DNA of 64,000 nt from Coxiellaceae bacterium UBA6002 (GTDB taxonomy: Bacteria; Pseudomonadota; Gammaproteobacteria; UBA6002). Each line of letters opens with the position of its first letter. Within the stretch, counting starts at the first letter, position 1. The notes below the pieces were generated by a model. It saw only the letters and a program-made list of their open reading frames with translations. It had not been told where the DNA came from and searched no databases. The translations under genes and the position numbers were made by a program. This document shows positions 50,740 through 60,726 of the stretch, in pieces. Location: the NCBI GenBank assembly GCA_002429595.1, contig DJAM01000020.1, positions 39,035 to 103,034 on the forward strand, in the 5' to 3' direction.

Positions 50740-50877
50740 TCATAAAAGTCTTTCTTTAATGTGATCTTTATCTCGTTCATTTTCTTTGTCTGGGATGGAA
50801 GATCTTCGTTCGGATTTCAAAGAGGGATGACTGGAATCTGGTTCTGGCTGTGCTGGCATTCGATCGTCTTCGACCAT
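50740..50877 (-). CDS. 45-aa hydrophilic small protein (absent from the ORF track)
   Basis: Strong AAGGAGGT RBS; MVEDDRMPAQPEPDSS...HIKERLL. Confidence 0.55.
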   Translation of the reverse strand: MVEDDRMPAQPEPDSSHPSLKSERRSSIPDKENERDKDHIKERLL

Positions 50878-50932
50878 GATTAAACCTCCTTTTTACTTAT
50901 CTTTAAACTATAGTGACTATTTTTTACAATAC

Positions 50933-50963
50933 AAAAAAAGGCTAGCGTTAACGCTAGCCTTTT
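50933..50963 (-). terminator. Rho-independent terminator
   Basis: AAAAGGCTAGCG-TTAA-CGCTAGCCTTTT with a T run on the minus strand. Confidence 0.85.
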
Positions 50964-50980
50964 GGATCGTCAATTGACAA

Positions 50981-51307
50981 TTAACGATCGCGTTTTTTTC
51001 CTAGATCCTTTTGTCCAATATTAGAAAAACCGGAACGTTGTTTTTCAAAAGTATCAGATCCTTTTTGAAGTTTTTCCTTACCTTGTGAGAGCTTTTCCTT
51101 TCCATATTGTTCAGAGCCCATCTTGCCTTGTTTTAAGCCACCTGATTCTTTCTTTTGACCAATTTGTTCTTTCTTAAATCCCTTACCCATAGTGTCGGAT
51201 CCTTTTTTGTTTTTATCGAAATCTTGCTTGCCATAGTCAGAACCCTTTTTTTCACTGTATCCGCCAAAACCTTGTTTTGATTTTTTGAAACCTTCATCTT
51301 TTGCCAT
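50981..51307 (-). CDS. Lys/Gly/Gln-rich low-complexity hydrophilic protein
   Basis: GGAGGG RBS, own terminator, repeated KKGSD/YGK/IGQK units. Confidence 0.75.
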   Translation of the reverse strand: MAKDEGFKKSKQGFGGYSEKKGSDYGKQDFDKNKKGSDTMGKGFKKEQIGQKKESGGLKQGKMGSEQYGKEKLSQGKEKLQKGSDTFEKQRSGFSNIGQKDLGKKRDR

Positions 51308-51415
51308 TATTCGAACCCTCCAAACTAATTTTACTAGTATAAGTATAGTTGAGCCGATCTTGGATTTTGATGCTTACAGCTTTTAGGAAAAAAATTAAGA
51401 TTTTGCTTATAGTGT

Positions 51416-52567
51416 CTATCGCATATTTCCGGTGTGACCTAAGGAAAAGCGTCCTGGCTGTGGCCAAACAGTTAAGCCATGCGGTCCATGGCCTACTTTA
51501 ATGCGATGGGTTAATTGACCCGTGCGGGTATCAAAGACATACACTTCACTGTCATAGCGACCTGCTAGCCATAACTCTTTGCCATCTGCTGTGATATTGC
51601 CCATATCGGGACTGCCGCCACCGGGTATTGGCCATCTAGCAATAACTTTTTGTTTTTGAGGATCGATGACTGCAACGTTACCAGGGCCTTTAGGAGGACA
51701 TTCATTAACACTGTGGCAGCCACGATTACCAATATATAAATATCGACCATCACGACTTGGATAAATACTATGCGTCCCGACACCGGTTGCAATAAAACCT
51801 AATGACACAAAACGGTTAGCATCAATTAAAAACACCCCATCTAACATCATGTCGGCAACATAAAAAACTTTGCCATCGGGTGAGAGCCTGACATCTTGGG
51901 GCATGCTGTGTTTTTTATTGCAGGTATCTAACGCGATATATTTAAGCGCTTTGTGTGCAGCAACATCAATTTTGATAAGTGCGCCGGAAAATTCACAACT
52001 AGCCAAGGCATAACGACCATCAGCCGTGTAATCAAGGTGATTAACACCTTTGCACAAGATAGGAATAGACTCAACTAGCTGATAGGTTTTGGGATCGACA
52101 AAATCTAAACGATTTCTGGCTTCTGCTACCACAATCGCAAAATGTCCATCCGGCGTGTAATATAAATTATAAGGGTCATCCACTGGAATGTTCGGTTTAG
52201 GCTTACCTGTTTTGGGATCAATTGGTGTAAGACTGTTACCAAGATTATTCATCACGTGCAGAGTGGTTAAATCATAAGAAGGTGCAATATGCTGCGGGTT
52301 TTTTCCGGATTTGAAGGTATCGACTACCTGATAAGTATAGGGGTCGATCACCGACACGGTATTGGTAAAACTATTGGGCACATAGATCCTGAAAAGATCA
52401 CCTTTTATTCTGTTTGAGATCATGCCGACTTGAGTATTAGCATAAATATTAGTTATGGCAGGATGATTAGTTTTTTCGGATATGAATAAATAATAGAGAC
52501 TAAAAAAAATTAGGCAGAAGAAGGTGGTCCATAAGCCAACCAAGATCACATTTTTTAAAAAGGTCAT
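51416..52567 (-). CDS. YVTN/YncE beta-propeller protein
   Basis: YVPNS..NTVSVID, PYNLYYTPDG, PQDVRLSPDG, GGGSPDMG, PGRFSLGHTGNMR. Confidence 0.88.
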   Translation of the reverse strand: MTFLKNVILVGLWTTFFCLIFFSLYYLFISEKTNHPAITNIYANTQVGMISNRIKGDLFRIYVPNSFTNTVSVIDPYTYQVVDTFKSGKNPQHIAPSYDLTTLHVMNNLGNSLTPIDPKTGKPKPNIPVDDPYNLYYTPDGHFAIVVAEARNRLDFVDPKTYQLVESIPILCKGVNHLDYTADGRYALASCEFSGALIKIDVAAHKALKYIALDTCNKKHSMPQDVRLSPDGKVFYVADMMLDGVFLIDANRFVSLGFIATGVGTHSIYPSRDGRYLYIGNRGCHSVNECPPKGPGNVAVIDPQKQKVIARWPIPGGGSPDMGNITADGKELWLAGRYDSEVYVFDTRTGQLTHRIKVGHGPHGLTVWPQPGRFSLGHTGNMR

Positions 52568-52740
52568 GCCAATATCCCTAAATCAATCTTCTTAAGATAT
52601 AACTATAGAGTTTTATTCGAAGCTTGCCATGAACCTTTGCCTTATTCGACAAAAGTTTTGTGAGCAGTTGTTCATGATCACAAGGAGCGGTATTATCTGT
52701 GGCTTTGTCATTAGAGACTTTTCAAGGAATAATTGCCTTA

Positions 52741-53772
52741 ATGAAATTTTTAACTGCATTACTTTTTGCCATTTGCTGGTTGCTACCAGCCGTTATTGTC
52801 GCCAAAGAAGTCGACCTTAATACCAAAGTGACTAATATTGCTAAACGGTTGCATTGCCAGCTTGGTGTCACGGCGATACGCATTGAGGATAATAAAAAAT
52901 TCTCGGTAAACGGTTCTAAGCGTTTTTTTATGGCAAGTACGGTGAAAGTTCCGATTGCCATCACATTGCTCAGAGAAGTTGATCAGGGAAAAGAGCACTT
53001 AGATCGAGAAATTACATTTAGTCGAGACGATTGTGTTCCAGGATCTGGGCGACTTTATGCCGAGCTAGCAGGGGGTACTTGCACGATGAAACTCTCCTTG
53101 CGCGAGTTAATGAGATTAATGTTAATCTCAAGTGACAATTCTGCAACCGATATTATTCTTCAGGAAATTAGAGGGCCTAAAGCCGTGGCAAGTCACTTAC
53201 ATGCGGTCGGCTTTCCGCATATTTTTATTCACCGTACTATTTTAGATCTTTATCTAAGTGCCAGTGGTTTGAATGTGGCCTTAGCGAAAAAAGTTCAACA
53301 CAGACCGGCCTTACTGAAAATGTTAGAGAAAGTCTCACCGGCGATGAAAGTTAAAGCGTGGAAGCGTTTTGAATCCGAAAGTAGTGATAGTGCCACCTCT
53401 GATGAGATGGCTAAGCTCTTAGTGAGCCTACATCAAGGCAAATTGTTATCACAAAATAGTACTCATTTATTGCTAGAGACCATGGCACAATGCCATACCG
53501 GTGCCCACCGCTTGAAGGGCATGTTGCCACCCAACACGTTGGTGGCCCATAAAACAGGGACATGGTCCTTATCGAATGAACGTATTTTAAAATATCCAGG
53601 CTCGAAGCAATTGCAACGATTTTCTCATGACGTTGGAATCATCACCTTACCCAATAATCATGGGCACATTGCGATCGCGTTTTTTGTTAAGTCAAAGGGT
53701 GTGAGCGATCACAGTCGTGATCAAGTGATTGCGCTTGTGACCAAGGAGATTTATCACCACTTTTGCCAATAA
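52741..53772 (+). CDS. Class A beta-lactamase-like serine hydrolase
   Basis: Signal peptide, MASTVK, SDN, HKTG, HDVGII. Confidence 0.85.
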   Translation: MKFLTALLFAICWLLPAVIVAKEVDLNTKVTNIAKRLHCQLGVTAIRIEDNKKFSVNGSKRFFMASTVKVPIAITLLREVDQGKEHLDREITFSRDDCVPGSGRLYAELAGGTCTMKLSLRELMRLMLISSDNSATDIILQEIRGPKAVASHLHAVGFPHIFIHRTILDLYLSASGLNVALAKKVQHRPALLKMLEKVSPAMKVKAWKRFESESSDSATSDEMAKLLVSLHQGKLLSQNSTHLLLETMAQCHTGAHRLKGMLPPNTLVAHKTGTWSLSNERILKYPGSKQLQRFSHDVGIITLPNNHGHIAIAFFVKSKGVSDHSRDQVIALVTKEIYHHFCQ

Positions 53773-53797
53773 GCATGCCAAAAGTGGTGACCTGATC

Positions 53798-54187
53798 TTA
53801 ACCTTTTTTAGATTGCCAAAGCGCAATATGGGCGCCGGTAGGATCTTTCAGAATAACGAATCGTCCAAAATCGGCAACATCATGAGGGCCGTTAACAATA
53901 GTCGCACCGAGTGACTTAGCTTTTTGACTGCTGGCATCGACATCAGCCACGAGCACATAGCTCATCCAATGAGAAGGTATTTCATGTTCGTGCTCTTTTG
54001 GCACGCGCAATAAACCACCGACATCAGTGTCCTTATTTTTCAACATGGTATAGGTCATATTACCCATATCATGATCTTCAAAGCTCCAACCAAATAATTC
54101 ACCATAAAATTTCTTACTTTTATCGGTGTCAGACGTCATTAGTTCGTTCCAACAAAACGCACCTTCTTGCATATCATTCGAAGCCAT
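53798..54187 (-). CDS. VOC/glyoxalase family protein
   Basis: FCWNEL, FYGELFGW, WMSYVLV.DVD, DPTGA. Confidence 0.9.
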   Translation of the reverse strand: MASNDMQEGAFCWNELMTSDTDKSKKFYGELFGWSFEDHDMGNMTYTMLKNKDTDVGGLLRVPKEHEHEIPSHWMSYVLVADVDASSQKAKSLGATIVNGPHDVADFGRFVILKDPTGAHIALWQSKKG

Positions 54188-54260
54188 AGCTTTCTCCATA
54201 ATTTGGTAATCGATAGGAAGCTAAGATTGTTACCTAAACGCATGCCTTGTACAACTAAAT

Positions 54261-56546
54261 TTAGGGTCCACCGGGTGATTTCGACGTTGTCTCTTTAGTT
54301 GGATTGAGTTTTTTCATCGCTTCTGTATACAGCGGCGTGTTTTTAAGCTTGCCGTCAAACGTTAATTCAGCGATTTGGATCACGTAATGAAAGTTCTTTA
54401 AATAAAAAAATACTTGCATGAGCTTTTGATAGTTCATGATGGTGGCAGGTCTTGCTAATAACAAAGAGAGACAAGATTCAAAAATAAAACGGGTTTCCTG
54501 TTGCTTAAGTCGAGAACTTAGGACGCCAGCGTTAAATATTTTTTGATAAAAGTTTTCAATCTCGTAGTCACTTAGTTCGACAGTTAGTTGAGCTAGCCTC
54601 GTAAACAGCAGGCTTAAGAGTTCACGTTTGGTATCGTCTTTGGTAGCAATCTCGAAGCAAAGGAAGAAATTTGAAATGCTTTGAGATAGAGTGGGTTGAT
54701 GACTACTTTCTTGTACCAAGACTAATCCTGAGGAGGTTTTGAAGGTTAATCTTCTTTCTACATCTGACTCTAAACTAATCTTTACAAATATTTGTAAAAG
54801 ATCATCAATCGTCAATTGTGGTATAAAATATTTAATGGAATCGTATATTCCTATCCAATAGCACCAGTTGAGCGCATTACTTATTGAACGATGATCAGAC
54901 ATCCCACCCAATCTAGAACAGGCGGCTAAAATCGCAGGATTTAATATAAGAGAATGACGTTTAGCCTGTTGCTTACTTAGTTGGACATCTACTTTCTGTG
55001 GTTTCACTCGATAACTAGCGCCTGTTGCGAGAGCCTCTTTTAAATATTCACCAGCGTGAGGTAAACAGGCGAGCATAAAGATCAGCGGCAAGCATAAACC
55101 GCTTGTAACAATACCGAGGCCATTCGGGTCCATGCCATAAGCTAAGGCTAACTTAAAGCAATAAAGGTTATTTTTTAGAAAGGCGAGTAGTAATAAAGTT
55201 ACTTGAACATCCTCTTCAAGTGAAAATGACAATTGAATATGATTGTTAAATATCAGCCTGAAATAGGGACAAGATTCATATAAAAATTTAAATGCCTGAC
55301 GAAAATTGACATCTTCTTCTTCAGAGCTTGGCGTATAGCTTACAATTTTTTCAAAGAAATGTTCTTTTAGAAAATTCACATTAAGATAAGTGCTAACAAA
55401 GGGATAGACTTCTCTTAAGAAGGATACATTTCCTTTCCAAAATTCTGTCACGAAAATTAGTGCTAAGTCTGAATAATTAGGAATTGTGTTTAGCACGCCT
55501 TTCAGTTTTTTTATTTTTTTTTCGTTGAATTTCGAAATATCGATAGAGCATAGCAAAATCTTATCTTTTAGTTCTTTAGCAAGAATATACTTTCTGATCA
55601 CTAAACCATTATTGTTGGGATCCCCTTTCAATTTAAGTTCGGTTGCTTTTAATTGACTCACAAGATGTAACACTGCCTGATATTCAGAATGTAAATCAAT
55701 TTTTTTTGCTGTTGATTTTTGATCAGCTTGTCTTTCAGGCTGTTCTTCAACTGCATCTTGATCTTCTTCCTCAATTTCGGATGAGGTCGCAGGTGTTGCG
55801 TGCGGGGCTAATTTTGTTAACCGCTCTTTCATGGCTCTGCCACGATTATCATAATGTGTTAAGCAGTACTCATTCACTTGAGTTATGGCAGCAATATAAG
55901 CATTGGCACAAGCAACATAGTCCTTGAATAGATTTTCATTCAGAGCGTTACCGAGGTTATCTAATTTTACTTCTAACGCATTAGCACAGTCTAATGCAGC
56001 CATATAGAATTCATTGGCTGCGTTAGTTAGGGTTTGTAACATCTCACAAGCAATGGTAGCGTTTTCGAACAGCATTTTTTTAAGTCCAGGCGTTACGTCC
56101 AACACTTTAAAATTTGCTTGGTCTCGGGCACCTTCAAATTCCTTCACCTCGATCGTAGAAACAGCACCTTTAGAGTTAAAGAATATGTGCACAACCAGCG
56201 TATGATTATTTTTATTGGTATAAATTTGAGTGCAGTGACAAATATCTAAGCCGTTGTGGGCGTAAAGTTTATTGTCGTGGAAATGTTTATGAATCGTTAA
56301 ATGGGAACTTTTGAATTCATAACCAGCATGGGGCATTTTAAAAACAGGTTCTTCTTTAAAATGCAGGTAAATCACTTCTTTTCTTAGGTTTTCTTCCACC
56401 CTAACATTCGCTAAGAGGGGAGAGTGTTCTCGAATTAATCTTCGAAGAACATTATATAGGGCACTAATTCCTTTATGTTTCGCTTTAAAGGTGCCATGGG
56501 GATATTGAAAAAATAAGGGGGATGAACTTTCGTTTGGTGGCTGCAT
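54261..56546 (-). CDS. Large hypothetical protein, effector-like, possible degenerate ankyrin repeats
   Basis: 761-aa ORF, acidic linker SEIEEEDQD, ALAYGMDPNG and LATGAS ankyrin-like turns. Confidence 0.6.
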   Translation of the reverse strand: MQPPNESSSPLFFQYPHGTFKAKHKGISALYNVLRRLIREHSPLLANVRVEENLRKEVIYLHFKEEPVFKMPHAGYEFKSSHLTIHKHFHDNKLYAHNGLDICHCTQIYTNKNNHTLVVHIFFNSKGAVSTIEVKEFEGARDQANFKVLDVTPGLKKMLFENATIACEMLQTLTNAANEFYMAALDCANALEVKLDNLGNALNENLFKDYVACANAYIAAITQVNEYCLTHYDNRGRAMKERLTKLAPHATPATSSEIEEEDQDAVEEQPERQADQKSTAKKIDLHSEYQAVLHLVSQLKATELKLKGDPNNNGLVIRKYILAKELKDKILLCSIDISKFNEKKIKKLKGVLNTIPNYSDLALIFVTEFWKGNVSFLREVYPFVSTYLNVNFLKEHFFEKIVSYTPSSEEEDVNFRQAFKFLYESCPYFRLIFNNHIQLSFSLEEDVQVTLLLLAFLKNNLYCFKLALAYGMDPNGLGIVTSGLCLPLIFMLACLPHAGEYLKEALATGASYRVKPQKVDVQLSKQQAKRHSLILNPAILAACSRLGGMSDHRSISNALNWCYWIGIYDSIKYFIPQLTIDDLLQIFVKISLESDVERRLTFKTSSGLVLVQESSHQPTLSQSISNFFLCFEIATKDDTKRELLSLLFTRLAQLTVELSDYEIENFYQKIFNAGVLSSRLKQQETRFIFESCLSLLLARPATIMNYQKLMQVFFYLKNFHYVIQIAELTFDGKLKNTPLYTEAMKKLNPTKETTSKSPGGP

Positions 56547-56688
56547 ACTGGACTCGTCATTTGCTTCAATTTACTAATTACCGGCCGAATTTTATCGTAT
56601 TGGCGTGAATTATACAAATATTTTAGTATTTCTGTTCAAGTAGTTAGTTCGCAATTACTAAAACCTTATACTAAAATTAATTTGTGTC

Positions 56689-56810
56689 ATGGGATTAACA
56701 GGATGTTAAGAATAAGAAGGAAAATCCCATCGAGCTCATAGCGATCCAATCACTGGCGACAATAGGGATAAGCATTAGTGGAAGATACTAAAGCCAGTGA
56801 CTGGAGAACG
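56689..56810 (+). ncRNA. Candidate CsrA/RsmA-binding structured RNA (sRNA or pmtA leader)
   Basis: Six GGA motifs in about 115 nt; stems ATGGGATT/AATCCCAT, TTAACA-GGA-TGTTAA, TCACTGGC/GCCAGTGA; TATACT upstream. Confidence 0.5.
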
Positions 56811-56922
56811 CCCCGCCTTAAGATCCCACTTTCAACGTTAAACAACCAAAACATTTTCTGCTATGCTTGTGGTACTAAGCAAATAGGAAGCTTTGCTTTA
56901 CACTAACAAGATCGGAGTGACA

Positions 56923-57552
56923 ATGACCATGGGTACTTTATCAGTTCAAAAGGTTTACGATTCTTATGCGAATTTCTACAATTTCCTATTTGGCCGAATT
57001 TTTAAACCCGGCCGTGAAAGCTGCGTTGAAATCGTTAATCGCAATGCCAAGCAAAATGCTAAAGTACTAGAAGTTGGTGTTGGCACGGGACTTTCTTTAC
57101 CGCTTTATCGTCCTGATTTACAGATCACCGGGGTCGATATCTCTGAAAAAATGCTAGAAAAAGCACAAGAACGCATTCAAGAACATCACTTAGACAATAA
57201 TATTACCTTGCAAGCAATGGATGCCGCCGATCTTAAATTTGAAAACGAAAGCTTTGATTTTATCGTGGCGATGTATGTCGTGTCGGTAGTTCCAGATATC
57301 AATAAATTTTTAGAAGAAATTAGTCGAGTCGTCAAAACCAATGGCGATATTATCTTGGTTAACCATTTTATGTCTGAACACAAAGTGATCCGCGCATTTG
57401 AAAAATCGATCTCCAAAGCCCACGGAGTCATTGGTTTTAAATCGGATTTTTCAATCGATCAAGTTATCCATTACCCCCATTTCAAACTGATCAGCCTGAC
57501 TAAAACCAATCTATTTGGTTACTGGAAGATGCTGCATTTTAAAAAAATCTAA
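56923..57552 (+). CDS. pmtA: Phospholipid N-methyltransferase PmtA-like SAM methyltransferase
   Basis: FGRIFKPGR, VLEVGVGTGLSLPLY, AMYVVSVVPD, LVNHF. Confidence 0.8.
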   Translation: MTMGTLSVQKVYDSYANFYNFLFGRIFKPGRESCVEIVNRNAKQNAKVLEVGVGTGLSLPLYRPDLQITGVDISEKMLEKAQERIQEHHLDNNITLQAMDAADLKFENESFDFIVAMYVVSVVPDINKFLEEISRVVKTNGDIILVNHFMSEHKVIRAFEKSISKAHGVIGFKSDFSIDQVIHYPHFKLISLTKTNLFGYWKMLHFKKI

Positions 57553-57640
57553 CCCATGCAAGGGTTTAGGTTGTGCTAATGGGATTTTTGCAGTCATAAT
57601 AGGTTCGCTTTATCTCAATTAATGTCATGGAGGATATTTA

Positions 57641-58210
57641 ATGGATACTACCGTTCGTTCTACCCCTGTTTCTGATTCGACCCGTTGTGCCGTGAGCTGG
57701 TCTGCCATTATCGCAGGTGCTCTCGTCGCCTTTTCGTTAAGTGCTCTTTTTAATCTACTTAATACTGGCTTAGGACTCGTGACCTTTCCAGAATCGTTTC
57801 GTGCTCTGGCAACGCTCACCATTGCTGGCTATTTATGGTTAATCATCTGTGGCATCGTCGCCATGTTTTTAGCAGGCTATGTGGCTGGTAAAATTTACAG
57901 TCATTATAGCGCAACGCCCTGTGGTGGTGGTCTACATGGTTTTCTTGCTTGGAGTTTGGCGTTATTGTTGAGCGTGGTGATTGCGTCGCATTTTGCCTCT
58001 GCCAGTGCTCAATCGACAGCAGTTGCCAATCAACATGACCGTAACGAGATTGCAGTTCATATCGGGGATAAAGGCTTAGCTGCCGAACATGCTGCCGATA
58101 TCCTAGGCGGTGCTACGCTGGGAATATTTTTCATCTTCTTAATTGGTGCAGCAGCTGCCACAATTGGGGGTCATATCGCTGCTAAAAAGGACCATCATCG
58201 CATTCCTTAA
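57641..58210 (+). CDS. Membrane protein (VSWSAIIAG-type)
   Basis: GGAGG RBS; VSWSAIIAGA, AGYVAG, GGLHGFLAW; four TM segments. Confidence 0.75.
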   Translation: MDTTVRSTPVSDSTRCAVSWSAIIAGALVAFSLSALFNLLNTGLGLVTFPESFRALATLTIAGYLWLIICGIVAMFLAGYVAGKIYSHYSATPCGGGLHGFLAWSLALLLSVVIASHFASASAQSTAVANQHDRNEIAVHIGDKGLAAEHAADILGGATLGIFFIFLIGAAAATIGGHIAAKKDHHRIP

Positions 58211-58224
58211 ATTATATTCAAAAG

Positions 58225-58249
58225 CCCTCTCCAAGCAATCTGGAGAGGG
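58225..58249. terminator. Hairpin between convergent genes
   Basis: CCCTCTCCA-N7-TGGAGAGGG. Confidence 0.65.
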
Positions 58250-58252
58250 AAT

Positions 58253-59149
58253 CTAGCGCTTTAGTAACTTATTGTGAATTCTCGTTGCCGCAATCGCAGC
58301 CCCTGACATGGCGACACAAATCTGACTCAAACCTTTAACTACATCGCCAACTGCATAGAGATTTTTGACGTTGGTTTCTTGGTATTGATTGACAAGCAGG
58401 CATTGTTCTTGATGTTTTGCCCCTAATTTAATCGCAAGATCTGAATTGACAATGGAACCTAACGCCGAATAAATGCTGTCAAAGACATACGTACAGCCAT
58501 CTTGGGTTGTAATCGAATGAATTTTCTTGGCACTGCAATCAACACTCTTCACGCCTTTGGTAATCAACGTGATACCCGCTTGAGCGAGTAAGCGTCGTTT
58601 TTGAGAAGAGTAGTTTACTTCCTGTCCTAAAGATAGCAGCGTAATATGAGGTGAATAGGTTCGTAAAAATAAGGCTTCTTGTACACCTTTATTACCGATG
58701 CCAATTACGCCAATATGCTGATCAATCGCTTCATAACCATCGCAGATTGGGCAATGGTGAATTAAGCCGCGACGCACCGTGTCACGAAGGTTGGGTAAGG
58801 ACGGTTCAATATCTCTGGCACCTGTTGCCAAGATAATAGTTCGGCTGGCATAGTGTCGCTTAACGCCTTTTATTTTAAAGATATTCTTTTCTTTTCTTAT
58901 TTCTTGAATCGTGTCGCGGATGACCTTGCCTTGATAACGATGTAATTGTAGCTTCAGTTGACTTAATAATTTACTGCCAGAGATCCCAGATGGAAAACCA
59001 GGATAGTTATGGGATCGTGGGATTGTTTCAGCACGGCTTAGCCCATTATCAATAATCGTGATGGTTCTTCGGTATCGTTTGAGATAAATCCCGGCCGTTA
59101 ACCCTCCAGGCCCGCCACCGATGATAAGGCAATCCAGTAGCTTTTCCAT
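58253..59149 (-). CDS. Thioredoxin-reductase-like NAD(P)/FAD oxidoreductase
   Basis: [33 protein letters not shown]. Confidence 0.88.
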   Translation of the reverse strand: MEKLLDCLIIGGGPGGLTAGIYLKRYRRTITIIDNGLSRAETIPRSHNYPGFPSGISGSKLLSQLKLQLHRYQGKVIRDTIQEIRKEKNIFKIKGVKRHYASRTIILATGARDIEPSLPNLRDTVRRGLIHHCPICDGYEAIDQHIGVIGIGNKGVQEALFLRTYSPHITLLSLGQEVNYSSQKRRLLAQAGITLITKGVKSVDCSAKKIHSITTQDGCTYVFDSIYSALGSIVNSDLAIKLGAKHQEQCLLVNQYQETNVKNLYAVGDVVKGLSQICVAMSGAAIAATRIHNKLLKR

Positions 59150-59284
59150 CGCCACTTCCAATTAATTACGAAAGAGAATTATAGTCTATTTGCTTTGGGT
59201 TTTAAGATTGAGCGCTTTTGCTATATTTCCTTTCTAATGGCGTAGGGGTAGAATGATTTTTTTCTTCGAAAAAGAGCGAACACC

Positions 59285-60121
59285 ATGACCACTTATACGC
59301 CTGAACAATCCGAACTTGGCAAAAAAACCACCTATGAGGCAACTTATAATCCTAATAAACTCCACCCGATACCAAGGGATAATAAGCGCGCCGAGCTTGG
59401 TGTGACGACTGCTAACTTGCCTTTTTTTGGTTATGATTTTTGGAACCATTACGAAGTGTCATGGTTGAATCCTAAAGGCAAGCCCATCGTCGCCATCGCC
59501 GAATTAGTGTTTAACTGTGCTTCGCCTAATCTTATTGAATCTAAATCGATGAAACTCTATTTTAATTCTTTCAACGGTACTAAATTTCGTGATGAGAATG
59601 CGGTTGCAGAAGTGATAAAGCGTGATTTAGAACAAAGAGTGAGTTCAAATGTCGCTATTAATATTATTCCTTTAACGCATATCAAAGAACAAATCGTGCC
59701 AAGTTCTTTTGAGAGTCATTGTATCGATCATTTAGATGTAACCTGTGATCACTATACTGTCGATAGTTCGCTCTTACAAATCGAAGAACAATTTGTTAAA
59801 GAGACACTGTACTCGGATCTTTTAAAATCAAATTGCTTGGTCACGGGTCAACCCGATTGGGGTAGTATTGAGATTTGCTATGAAGGTAAAAAAATTAATC
59901 ACGAGAGCTTATTAAAATATATCGTCTCATTTCGTGAGCACACCGAATTTGGCGAACACTGTGTCGAACGAATATTCATGGATATTATGAAACAATGCGC
60001 ACCACAAAAGTTAACGATTCACGGTAGGTATACACGCCGAGGCGGAATTGATATCAATTCAGTGCGTTCTACCCATGAATTAGTGGTTATTCCGAAGAAT
60101 GTACGTTTGTGTCGGCAATAA
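59285..60121 (+). CDS. queF: NADPH-dependent 7-cyano-7-deazaguanine reductase QueF
   Basis: YEVSWLN.KGKP, IESKSMKLY.NS, LLKSNCLVTGQPDWG, YTRRGGIDIN. Confidence 0.95.
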   Translation: MTTYTPEQSELGKKTTYEATYNPNKLHPIPRDNKRAELGVTTANLPFFGYDFWNHYEVSWLNPKGKPIVAIAELVFNCASPNLIESKSMKLYFNSFNGTKFRDENAVAEVIKRDLEQRVSSNVAINIIPLTHIKEQIVPSSFESHCIDHLDVTCDHYTVDSSLLQIEEQFVKETLYSDLLKSNCLVTGQPDWGSIEICYEGKKINHESLLKYIVSFREHTEFGEHCVERIFMDIMKQCAPQKLTIHGRYTRRGGIDINSVRSTHELVVIPKNVRLCRQ

Positions 60122-60138
60122 CACTTTCTTCTAGCCAA

Positions 60139-60726
60139 CTACATTCTTACGAATTCAAGCAATTTTAAATAATCATGTTTATCTGCCTCTTGTAGGGCTT
60201 TAATATAGTGTTGGCGAGTAGAATTTTGGTCAGTTAAATTTTTTGCTCCCCATGTAAAAAGAGGTAGATTTAAAGTTTTTAGAAATACATCGGTCATTAA
60301 TCTTGCATGCCGTCCATTGCCATTAGCAAACGGATGTATAGCAACAAGACGATGATGAAATCTTGTTGCAATCTCATCTCTTGAATACGTTTGATTGTCT
60401 AATTGATAATCAACATCGTCAATTAGCTTTTTTATTTCAATTGAAATTTTTACCGGATCGACTCCGATATTTTTTTCAGTTAATCTATATTTTCCTGCCC
60501 ATCGCCAAGTCTCGTCAAACATGCGCTTGTGAAGTTCTTTAAAAAAATCTTGCTCTAATACTTTTTCCATGGACAATCTTTTCGTGAATATCCATTGTTC
60601 TGCTTTTAATATATTTGATTGTTCAAATTCGTTTAATTCATTTTGGGTCTTTATATGTAAAGGTTTAAGGCCGTTAACTTCTTCTGGATCTAAAGGAGTC
60701 GCACCTAGAGGATAATCTAACTTCAT
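60139..60726 (-). CDS. Mobile mystery protein B (Fic family)
   Basis: GATPLDPEE, ELNEFEQ.NI, WRWAGKYR, IHPFANGNGRHARL. Confidence 0.9.
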   Translation of the reverse strand: MKLDYPLGATPLDPEEVNGLKPLHIKTQNELNEFEQSNILKAEQWIFTKRLSMEKVLEQDFFKELHKRMFDETWRWAGKYRLTEKNIGVDPVKISIEIKKLIDDVDYQLDNQTYSRDEIATRFHHRLVAIHPFANGNGRHARLMTDVFLKTLNLPLFTWGAKNLTDQNSTRQHYIKALQEADKHDYLKLLEFVRM

